Positions 56,429-64,000 of a stretch of 64,000 bases of DNA are shown here, in pieces (position 1 is the stretch's first letter; each line of letters starts with the position of its first letter). The DNA comes from Candidatus Uhrbacteria bacterium. GTDB lineage: Bacteria > Patescibacteriota > Patescibacteriia > UBA9934. The position numbers and the translations under genes are program-made. The notes under the pieces were generated by a model. The model ran no database searches. It saw only the letters and a program-made list of their open reading frames with translations, and was not told the DNA's origin. The stretch is taken from assembly GCA_963822405.1 (NCBI GenBank), contig CAWGHH010000004.1, positions 6,226 through 70,225 on the forward strand, read 5' to 3'.

Positions 56429-57277
56429 TTACACTGCGCGATTCTTATCGTGATTCCGACGACGGATAATGAGTTTGTCTGAAGACTTCTGTTTTCTGGT
56501 CTTTACTCCAAGCGCTGGCTTTCCAGTAGGCGTCTTAGGATGCTTGAGACCGATAGAGTTTCTACCTTCTCCTCCGCCGTGCGGGTGATCAACTGGGTTC
56601 ATCGCCTTACCGCGAACGGTTGGGCGGATACCGCGCCAACGAGTTCGGCCGGCCTTGCCCCAACGCACTAAGCTCCAATCGGGGTTTGAAACTGTTCCGA
56701 TAGTTGCCATGCACTCTTTTAGAACACGGCGTGTCTCACCGGAAGGCAAACGAAGCGTAGCGTGGTCTCCTTCAACTGCAAGAAGCTCTGCTGATGTACC
56801 AGCACCACGAACTACCTGTCCACCTCCACCCGGCTGAAGTTCAACGTTATGTACTTCCATGCCGACTGGAATTTTTTCAAGCGGGAAACGATTACCTACC
56901 GATGGCTCACCCTTCTCTCTGCTGGCCACAATGGTCATACCTACCGTGAGACCATGAGGGGCAAGAATATAAACCCGGAGACCGTCATTGTATGCAACCA
57001 ATGCTAGACGAGCACCACGATTTGGATCGTATTCAATAGTCTGAACCTTGGCTGGAATGTTATAACGATCAAATTTCCAATCAATGACTCTGACGTGAGT
57101 ACGGCCACCGCCGCCACGATGACGAACAGTGATTTTTCCACCTGCTCCACGACCAGCCTGTTCTTTACGTGCACGAAGCAAAGCCTTCACGGGCTTAACG
57201 CTCGTGATGTCTTTGAATGACTGAACGCTGGACTTCCGGCGACCGGCAGTAGTTGGTTTGTAGTTTGTAATCGGCAT
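56429..57277 (-). CDS. rplB: 50S ribosomal protein L2
   Basis: MPITNYKPTTAGRR..., plus the conserved His region. Confidence 0.95.
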   Translation of the reverse strand: MPITNYKPTTAGRRKSSVQSFKDITSVKPVKALLRARKEQAGRGAGGKITVRHRGGGGRTHVRVIDWKFDRYNIPAKVQTIEYDPNRGARLALVAYNDGLRVYILAPHGLTVGMTIVASREKGEPSVGNRFPLEKIPVGMEVHNVELQPGGGGQVVRGAGTSAELLAVEGDHATLRLPSGETRRVLKECMATIGTVSNPDWSLVRWGKAGRTRWRGIRPTVRGKAMNPVDHPHGGGEGRNSIGLKHPKTPTGKPALGVKTRKQKSSDKLIIRRRNHDKNRAV

Positions 57278-57278
57278 A

Positions 57279-57704
57279 CTAGAGCGCAAAGATATCTACA
57301 CGAGAACCAACCGGAAGAGTGATAAGTGCCTTCTTCCAATCAGATGCTCGGGATGTAAAACGACCAGACTTTGATTCCTTGCCATGAACACGAATAATGT
57401 TCACGGAAGTTGGAGTGATTTTGTAAAGCTCCTTGAAAGCCGCCCGAACAGCAACACGATTGGCAGCCAAGGCAACGCGAAATACATAAACACCGGAGTC
57501 AGTGAGATGAGCTGTCTTCTCGGTTACTAAAGGAGCCAAAAGCGTACGCGCGGCAAGAGCAGAAACAGTATTACCCTGCGCCTTAACAACATCACGCTTC
57601 TCTTCCTTTTTCGCTTTAACAACAGTCTTCTTTACTTCCTTAGAAGCTGCTGTGATTACATCAGCTTCTGTGGAAATTTCAGTTTTCTTTTTAAAGATCG
57701 CCAT
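57279..57704 (-). CDS. rplW: 50S ribosomal protein L23 (Lys-rich N-terminal extension)
   Basis: C-terminal L23 core (GVYVFRVALAANRVAVRAAFKELYKITPTSVNII). Confidence 0.85.
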   Translation of the reverse strand: MAIFKKKTEISTEADVITAASKEVKKTVVKAKKEEKRDVVKAQGNTVSALAARTLLAPLVTEKTAHLTDSGVYVFRVALAANRVAVRAAFKELYKITPTSVNIIRVHGKESKSGRFTSRASDWKKALITLPVGSRVDIFAL

Positions 57705-57705
57705 A

Positions 57706-58338
57706 TTAGAGAGCAAATGTATGTTCAAGAGTCTCAATAGCGGCCTTCGAAGCTACAACGAATGCGTACTTCGCAAGATCACGTGCGTTCAAGCTATGTG
57801 CGTACATGGTCTGTGTTTTAGGCAGATTCTTAGCAGCACGAAGCATCACGCTATCGCCCGGCGACAACAGAACAAGAGCGGACTTTCCAGCTCCTGGAAG
57901 TGCCTTACGCATCTGAACCGCAAACTTTGTTTTTGCTTCCGGAAGAGTGTAATTCTCGAGGGCAACAAAGGCTCCATCATTTAGCTTGTCCGTAAGGAGC
58001 ATGGCCATTGCTAGACGCTTTGTTTTCCTGTTTACTTTTAACGAAAAATTCTGATCTTTCTGTGGACCGTGCGTAACACCTCCACCGATCCAAATAGGTG
58101 AACGAGAAGAACCGTGGCGAGCACGTCCTGTGCCCTTCTGCTTCCATGGCTTTCTTCCGCCTCCGCGAACTTCTGAACGATCCTTAGCATGCGAGTGAAT
58201 CACGCGGCTATTCGCATCTTGGGCGACGATCACCTCATGAACAACTGCCAATTTTGGCATCACAGCAAAAAGCTTATCAGACACTGTAATAGTGCCCGCG
58301 TCCTTACCATCCCATGTGTAGCATTTTACTTCAGCCAT
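57706..58338 (-). CDS. rplD: 50S ribosomal protein L4
   Basis: 210 aa, L4 pattern. Confidence 0.93.
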   Translation of the reverse strand: MAEVKCYTWDGKDAGTITVSDKLFAVMPKLAVVHEVIVAQDANSRVIHSHAKDRSEVRGGGRKPWKQKGTGRARHGSSRSPIWIGGGVTHGPQKDQNFSLKVNRKTKRLAMAMLLTDKLNDGAFVALENYTLPEAKTKFAVQMRKALPGAGKSALVLLSPGDSVMLRAAKNLPKTQTMYAHSLNARDLAKYAFVVASKAAIETLEHTFAL

Positions 58339-58934
58339 ACGTTGCCATCAGTTTCATGAATGGTGATCAAACCTCCGCGAGCACCAGGAACCGCCCCCTT
58401 CACTCCGAGAATATTCTTTTCCTCATCGATAGTGATGATCTCGAGATTCTGCACCGTCACCCGATCTCCACCCATGCGACCAGCCATGCGCATTCCTTTG
58501 AACACGCGCTGGATACCGCCGGCACCGATCGATCCAGACTTACGGACCTGATCTTTGTGACCGTGAGTGGTTGGGTGACCATGGAAGCCATGGCGCTTAA
58601 CTACACCCTGGAAACCGTGACCCTTGCTCGTGCCCATAGCAGTGACTTTATCGCCAATGGCGAAATCTTTCACTGTAAGCATCGTGCCTGGTTCGAGCAC
58701 TTCACCTTCTTTTAGGCGAAGCGTTCTCATGTGTGCAAAGGCTTCTTTTGCCTGAGCTTTTGAAGGATGCTTGGTTTTACCAACTCCGACAAGAGCTACA
58801 GAGTGCCCCATATCATCCTTTCCAACGCGCGCAACAGTACACGGTTCCGCAGCAATAAGAGTTATCGCTACAGCCGATCCGTCGGCACGGAAGGCCTGAG
58901 TCATTTCGAGTTTTGTACCAATGATATATTTCAT
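58326..58934 (-). CDS. rplC: 50S ribosomal protein L3 (start at MKYIIGTK)
   Basis: LEMTQAF...GFQGVVKRHGF motifs. Confidence 0.93.
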   Translation of the reverse strand: MKYIIGTKLEMTQAFRADGSAVAITLIAAEPCTVARVGKDDMGHSVALVGVGKTKHPSKAQAKEAFAHMRTLRLKEGEVLEPGTMLTVKDFAIGDKVTAMGTSKGHGFQGVVKRHGFHGHPTTHGHKDQVRKSGSIGAGGIQRVFKGMRMAGRMGGDRVTVQNLEIITIDEEKNILGVKGAVPGARGGLITIHETDGNVWLK

Positions 58935-58994
58935 AGAATCATCGTTCACCAACCTTCGCTAAAGCTATGGCTGGGCGGAACGTCTCTGTTGAAC

Positions 58995-59252
58995 AAAAAC
59001 AGACTATGGCTCCTCGCTCCATAAAAGTAGAGCTGAGGTTCCATAGCCCGAAGTATCGATCCCCTCTGAGGGGCGCGTACATTCAGGTTTTTTGTTCAAG
59101 TGTGAATAGGCAATTCCTCGCACAGACTCCGCATGAAGCGTCGGGAAGGTTTTCCATTTCTGGATCTTTCTTTCCGGTTCACTATAGGAGGTTGTTGTTC
59201 GAGATTGCGATCAAGGCACGATAGCTCTTGCCTTCGTCGCAATCTCGAACGG
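58995..59252 (-). other. 324-nt structured spacer between rpsJ and rplC (long-range helix plus a 15-bp perfect hairpin), unassigned
   Basis: gttgaacaaaaac / gttttttgttcaa pairing encloses about 75 nt. Perfect palindrome gttcgagattgcgac...gtcgcaatctcgaac at 59198..59252. No ORF. Confidence 0.35.
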
Positions 59253-59258
59253 TCACAG

Positions 59259-59597
59259 TTACATTTTAATTTCGATGTCAACACCGGCCGGAAGATTCAA
59301 GCTCATAAGAGCATCAATCGTACGTTCCGTAGGATTCATGATGTCAATGAGACGCTTGTGAATACGCATTTCGTACTGATCACGAGACTGCTTATCAATG
59401 AAAGTGGAGCGGTTAACGGTGTAGCGACGACGCTCTGTAGGCAGAGGAACCGGACCAATCACAGTTGCACCACTTCTTTCAGCTGTCTTTATGATAGTAA
59501 CGGTAGCCGTATCAATGATCTTATGATCATAGGCACGGATCTTAATGCGAATCCGCTGCTCTTTCTCACCTTCAGTTTTCTTCTCTTTATCGGCCAT
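59259..59597 (-). CDS. rpsJ: 30S ribosomal protein S10
   Basis: [17 protein letters not shown] signature. Confidence 0.95.
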   Translation of the reverse strand: MADKEKKTEGEKEQRIRIKIRAYDHKIIDTATVTIIKTAERSGATVIGPVPLPTERRRYTVNRSTFIDKQSRDQYEMRIHKRLIDIMNPTERTIDALMSLNLPAGVDIEIKM

Positions 59598-59659
59598 AAC
59601 AAAGGGCAATTGTTTCAACAGAGGTAGGGGCGGCTTTTAAACCGCCCCTACATGTGGGG

Positions 59660-60853
59660 TTATTCAATAATTTTTACAACCACACCAGCTCCAACCGTGC
59701 GACCGCCTTCGCGGATAGCAAAGCGGAACTTATCTTCCAATGCAACCGGGCTCATAAGCGTGACGATACAGTTAACAGTGTCTCCTGGCATAACCATTTC
59801 GGTTCCGGCTGGGAGCTCAATTTCACCTGTTACGTCTGTAGTACGGATATAGAACTGTGGCTTGTATCCCTTGAAGAACGGCTTATGACGGCCACCTTCT
59901 TCCTTTGTAAGAGCGTACATTTCCGCTTCAAACTTAGTGTGAGGGGTTACAGAAGCTGGCTTAGCGAGCACCTGTCCACGCTCTACATCTTCTTTCTTGA
60001 TACCGCGCAAAAGTACGCCAGCGTTATCTCCAGCCATGCCGGAATCAAGAGACTTGTTGAACATTTCGATACCGGTGACCACAGTCTTCTGAGTGTCACG
60101 CAGACCAACAAGCTCAACTTCGTCGCCAACCTTTACGATGCCACGGTCAATACGACCAGTGACAACCGTACCGCGTCCTTCGATAGAGAAGACGTCCTCA
60201 ATAGACATGAGGAATGGCTTTTCTGTATCACGAACTGGGTCAGGAACGTACTCGTCCAAAGCCTTAATAAGATCAAGGATTGGCTTAGCTGCTACATCAT
60301 CAGCTGGGTTCTCAAGAGCCTTAGAAGCAGAACCACGAATGATTGGCGTGGTGTCACCTGGGTACTTATACTTTGTCAAAAGATCACGAACTTCCTGTTC
60401 TACAAGGTCAAGAAGCTCTGGGTCATCAACAAGATCAACCTTGTTCAAGAAGACGATGATGGTAGGAACTCCAACCTGGCGAGCCAAAAGAATGTGTTCG
60501 CGGGTCTGAGGCATTGGACCATCAGCAGCGGAAACTACCAAAATTGCGGCGTCCATCTGAGCAGCACCGGTGATCATGTTCTTCACATAATCAGCGTGTC
60601 CTGGACAGTCAACGTGCGCGTAGTGACGCTTTGCTGAGGAATACTCAACGTGGCTAGTAGCGATGGTCACGATCTTGGACGCATCACGAACCGTACCGCC
60701 TTTAGCGATATCAGCATACGACTTAACTTTACCAAGGCCACGAGCCGCAGAAACAGCGGTCAATGCAGCGGTAGTAGTAGTCTTCCCGTGGTCAACGTGA
60801 CCAATGGTGCCGACGTTCAAGTGCGGCTTTTCACGATTGAATTGCTCTGCCAT
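59660..60853 (-). CDS. tuf: Elongation factor Tu
   Basis: [14 protein letters not shown] and NKVD motifs. Start at [11 protein letters not shown]. Confidence 0.97.
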   Translation of the reverse strand: MAEQFNREKPHLNVGTIGHVDHGKTTTTAALTAVSAARGLGKVKSYADIAKGGTVRDASKIVTIATSHVEYSSAKRHYAHVDCPGHADYVKNMITGAAQMDAAILVVSAADGPMPQTREHILLARQVGVPTIIVFLNKVDLVDDPELLDLVEQEVRDLLTKYKYPGDTTPIIRGSASKALENPADDVAAKPILDLIKALDEYVPDPVRDTEKPFLMSIEDVFSIEGRGTVVTGRIDRGIVKVGDEVELVGLRDTQKTVVTGIEMFNKSLDSGMAGDNAGVLLRGIKKEDVERGQVLAKPASVTPHTKFEAEMYALTKEEGGRHKPFFKGYKPQFYIRTTDVTGEIELPAGTEMVMPGDTVNCIVTLMSPVALEDKFRFAIREGGRTVGAGVVVKIIE

Positions 60854-60995
60854 ACAGTATTTATGGAGCGTTTTTTCCCCGAGTAAGGAGAAAAGGCGCA
60901 AAGAATAATGAAAATACTAAGATTTAAATGCGCGAGGAGTGTAACAAAACCTATTGAAACGCGCAAGGGGCGAGGTGGACGAGGAAGTCCAATGT

Positions 60996-61469
60996 TTAAA
61001 CGGCCTCCAGATAGAACCGCTCCTCCCCCCCGTCATTTACCTGATTAATCTTACGAGTGATCGGTTTTCTTGGGGCCTCCTCAAAGGAAGGAGAGGTCTC
61101 ACTCTCGGCAGATATTTCTACCGGAATTACTCTTGGTTCCTCTTCTTGGACCATGGCTGCCATTACCTGTTTTTCCAAGGCAACCGGATCAAAGTCTTCG
61201 TCTGGATCAATTCGTGAGTCGGTTTCTACTGCGAATTTTTTAATATCTTCATAAGCTCTCTCTTCCTGGTTCTGACCACCCTTTTGACCCCATTCGCTTT
61301 TTTGGTCGTTTGGTTGACTGCGAAAAAAGGTCATTGAGTCTAGCATCCCCTCATATTCTGTTAACGGCAGAATAACCACCGGCTCCGCGCCATCGTTACT
61401 TGTAACGATAAGCCGGTCACCAGTCCTTTTAGCAAGCTTCAATAGACGGTCAAGTTGGGAATTCTGCAT
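60996..61469 (-). CDS. Acidic hypothetical protein (157 aa)
   Basis: ORF with Glu/Asp-rich low-complexity C-terminal half. Confidence 0.45.
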   Translation of the reverse strand: MQNSQLDRLLKLAKRTGDRLIVTSNDGAEPVVILPLTEYEGMLDSMTFFRSQPNDQKSEWGQKGGQNQEERAYEDIKKFAVETDSRIDPDEDFDPVALEKQVMAAMVQEEEPRVIPVEISAESETSPSFEEAPRKPITRKINQVNDGGEERFYLEAV

Positions 61470-61601
61470 ATGTCTGCATATTAGGGATGGTACGTTTGAA
61501 AGTCAAAAACATCGGTGGAAAGCCAAAAAGAAAATCCCGTCGAAGGCCGAAGCCAACGACGAGACAGGCGCACTCACGCGCAGACAACCAGCTCTCACTC
61601 G

Positions 61602-62024
61602 CTACAAATCCGAGAACTGATCGGCCTTCAGGCGCTCAAGCTCAGAACGAAGCGATTCTGGGCTAGCACCATATTTCACGGTTCCGTTCCGTTTGAGTTG
61701 CCGCTCGATTATCGAGCCATCCCAGCCAGAGGAGTGCATGACTACGTATGGCCGCTCGAGTCCAGCCGACAGTTTGGCTAGCCTGATCGCGATCTGACGA
61801 CCACTCGGAAAGGCCTCGGTATTCAACGTCATATCTAGAATGACGATGTCCGGATCGACCAACAGAATCTCGCCCGTAAGTTCCTCATCTCCTCGCGTAT
61901 CCTCGCCGAGCAACAGCATGAGTCGGATGTCTGAATCCGGAAACACGATGCGTGCCGTGGCCCGGGCCATCATAATCTTCACCCGATCATCATCAACGAT
62001 CACGACCACCCGCGGTTTTCCCAT
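61602..62024 (-). CDS. Stand-alone response-regulator receiver (CheY-like) domain protein
   Basis: 140 aa. N-terminal VVVIVDDD acidic pocket, putative phospho-acceptor in DIVILDMTL, downstream VMHSSG and K (KYG) positions. Confidence 0.55.
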   Translation of the reverse strand: MGKPRVVVIVDDDRVKIMMARATARIVFPDSDIRLMLLLGEDTRGDEELTGEILLVDPDIVILDMTLNTEAFPSGRQIAIRLAKLSAGLERPYVVMHSSGWDGSIIERQLKRNGTVKYGASPESLRSELERLKADQFSDL

Positions 62025-62113
62025 GATTTCCTCCAGAGAAATGGGACCACTGATTCTAGCAGAAAACCCCGTCTTTGTAAAGCAAAAGCACCCCGTGATG
62101 GGTGCTTTGCTAT

Positions 62114-64000
62114 CTATTTACCGGTTCTTTCTTTGATGATCGTCTCTGCGACGTTTCTTGGGACTTCCTGGTACTCGCCGAATTCCATGGAGGAGGAAGC
62201 GCGACCCTGAGTCAAAGAACGAAGGTTTGTAGCGTAGCCGAACATTTCAGCGAGCGGCACAAGAGCGCGGACAGTCTTCATGTTTCCACGATCGCCCATC
62301 TCCTGAATCTGACCGCGCTTTGAGTTCAAGTCTCCCACCACCGTACCCATGAAGTCTTCTGGTGTTACCACCTCAATCTTCATGATCGGTTCGAGCAAGA
62401 CTGGCTTTGCGTTCTTAATAGCTGCTTGGAAGGCCATTGAACCAGCCATTTTAAAAGCTGCTTCGTTAGAGTCAACATCATGGTACGAGCCGTCAAAGAC
62501 AGTCGCCTTAATGTTGATAAGTGGGAATCCTGCAAGCACACCACGGTCACAGGCCTCACGAGCGCCCTTACCGATTGGTGTGATGTACTCACGCGGGATA
62601 GCACCGCCTTTTACCTCATCTTCGAAGACAAAGTTCTCACCTTCTGGATCAACAAATGGTTCCACACGGAGCCAAGCGTGACCGTACTGACCACGACCAC
62701 CAGATTGCTTAATGTAACGTCCTTCGCCTTCAGCAGAAGAACGAATAGTCTCGCGGTAGCTAACCTGCGGTTTACCCACGTTCACTTCAACTGAATATTC
62801 ACGCTTCATACGATCCACCATGATCTCAAGATGAAGCTCGCCCATTCCGGCGATAATCGTTTGGTTAGAATCTGGATCAGTGTTCACATGGAAAGTAGGA
62901 TCCTCTTCCATGAGCTTACCAAGGGCCATGCCCATTCTTTCCTGGTCACCCTTTGTCTTTGGCTCAACTGCCTGAGAAATAACTGGTGCAGCAAAAGTAA
63001 TTGATTCAAGAACAATCGGATGATCCGGGTCACAAAGAGTCTGACCAGTAGCTGTACCCTTCAAACCGACCGCAGCAGCAATTTCTCCAGCGTACACCTG
63101 ATCAACTTCCTCACGGGAGTTTGCGTGCAAACGAACGATACGAGACAAACGCTCTTTTTCACCGGTAGACGAGTTCAAGATATATGAACCAGCCTTTACT
63201 GTTCCAGAATAAACACGGAAGAAAGCTAGCTTGCCCACGAATGGATCAGCGGCGATCTTAAAAGCTAAGGCAGCAAATGGAGCATCGTCCTTGGCTGGAC
63301 ACTCGATCAACTCCTCTGGATTATCCGGATTAAAACCAGAAATAGCTGGACGATCAAGTGGAGACGGCAAAAATTCGATGACTGCATCAAGCATCTGCTG
63401 AACGCCTTTATTCTTCAAAGATGAACCACAAATAACCGGAAATACTTTCATGGCGATAACACCCTTACGGAGGGCTGCCTTAAGTTCTGGTACAGAGATT
63501 TCCTCGCCAGCCAAATATCGCTCCATTAAAGTTTCGTCGTGCTCTACGCAAGCTTCGACCAACTGAGATCGGAACTTCTCAACGTTCGCAGAATATTCTT
63601 CTGGAACCGCGATCTCATCAATCTCTTTTCCGAGGTCATCCTTATAAACGTAGCCCTTGCGAGTAAAGAGGTCGATCAAGCCAACGAAGTTAGATTCCGT
63701 TCCCATTGGGAGCTGAATCGGATGAGCGTTAGTAGATAGACGAGCGTGAATACTCGCCAAGTCCTTATAGAAGTCAGCGCCGGTACGATCTAGTTTGTTG
63801 ATATAACAAACGCGTGGCACGCCGTATTTATCAGCCTGGTGCCAAACGGTTTCTGACTGTGGCTCAACACCAGCAACTCCGTCAAAAACAGTGACGCCAC
63901 CATCAAGCACACGAAGAGAACGCTCTACCTCAACGGTAAAGTCAACGTGCCCTGGGGTATCAATAATGTTAATGCGGTGATCCTTCCAGAAACAAGTAGT
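62114..64000 (-). CDS. fusA: Elongation factor G, 5'-partial (N-terminus beyond window end)
   Basis: The reading frame is open to position 64000 (...[35 protein letters not shown]...). Domains II-V with C-terminal ...[10 protein letters not shown]. Confidence 0.96.
   Translation of the reverse strand, partial: TTCFWKDHRINIIDTPGHVDFTVEVERSLRVLDGGVTVFDGVAGVEPQSETVWHQADKYGVPRVCYINKLDRTGADFYKDLASIHARLSTNAHPIQLPMGTESNFVGLIDLFTRKGYVYKDDLGKEIDEIAVPEEYSANVEKFRSQLVEACVEHDETLMERYLAGEEISVPELKAALRKGVIAMKVFPVICGSSLKNKGVQQMLDAVIEFLPSPLDRPAISGFNPDNPEELIECPAKDDAPFAALAFKIAADPFVGKLAFFRVYSGTVKAGSYILNSSTGEKERLSRIVRLHANSREEVDQVYAGEIAAAVGLKGTATGQTLCDPDHPIVLESITFAAPVISQAVEPKTKGDQERMGMALGKLMEEDPTFHVNTDPDSNQTIIAGMGELHLEIMVDRMKREYSVEVNVGKPQVSYRETIRSSAEGEGRYIKQSGGRGQYGHAWLRVEPFVDPEGENFVFEDEVKGGAIPREYITPIGKGAREACDRGVLAGFPLINIKATVFDGSYHDVDSNEAAFKMAGSMAFQAAIKNAKPVLLEPIMKIEVVTPEDFMGTVVGDLNSKRGQIQEMGDRGNMKTVRALVPLAEMFGYATNLRSLTQGRASSSMEFGEYQEVPRNVAETIIKERTGK

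Noticed and set aside
1-64000. CRISPR arrays, rRNA genes, IS/transposase genes
   Set aside because: No direct-repeat/spacer arrays, no rRNA-like segments, and no transposase- or integrase-like ORFs were seen. The only retroelement is the DGR.

Overview
Gene-dense, AT-moderate window whose content and order (ftsA/ftsZ, S10-spc ribosomal cluster lacking L30, compact non-GAD AspRS, giant Cys-rich surface proteins, a DGR) point to a small-genome CPR/Patescibacteria-type bacterium; the lineage call is inference. Most of the window is housekeeping: nrdR (3' partial), ftsZ, ftsA, dgkA, ybeY, hflX, rpsU, hisS, lepB, an LCP protein, der, pth, dprA, topA, relA/spoT-like, parAB, three tRNAs, dacA-like, scpAB, aspS, recO, ruvX, map, adk, secY, the r-protein cluster from S10 to L15, tuf and fusA (5' partial). 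Embedded in this are several non-housekeeping elements. (1) A complete diversity-generating retroelement (RT with the DGR-type IGxxxSQ motif, Avd, a 126-bp TR/VR pair whose 12 mismatches are all at TR adenines, and a GC-rich target gene) inserted between adk and secY. (2) A 14-kb co-directional array of surface proteins upstream of ybeY-dgkA-ftsA-ftsZ: three paralogous bitopic proteins with C-terminal DxDxDG calcium-binding repeats, two giant (1534 and 1712 aa) Cys-rich repeat proteins, and a 596-aa Ig-like protein. Two of these share a signal-peptide plus two-TM-hairpin N-terminal module reminiscent of VirB2/TrbC pilins. (3) A family of four ~80-nt perfect hairpins with completely different but internally complementary stems around a conserved 19-nt loop, TTAGGAGGTAAYCCGACTC (or its complement), which is an extended Shine-Dalgarno / 16S-3'-end-like sequence. 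(4) A minimal T-box-like leader (AAGGUGGCACCGCG, GAC specifier hairpin, terminator) upstream of aspS, which itself carries an in-frame TGA. (5) Three near-identical consensus sigma70 promoter modules. (6) Several homopolymer-associated frameshifts (DGR RT, map, rpsC, rpsS, dprA, a DUF457-like gene) that are either assembly errors or real lesions and need read-level checking.
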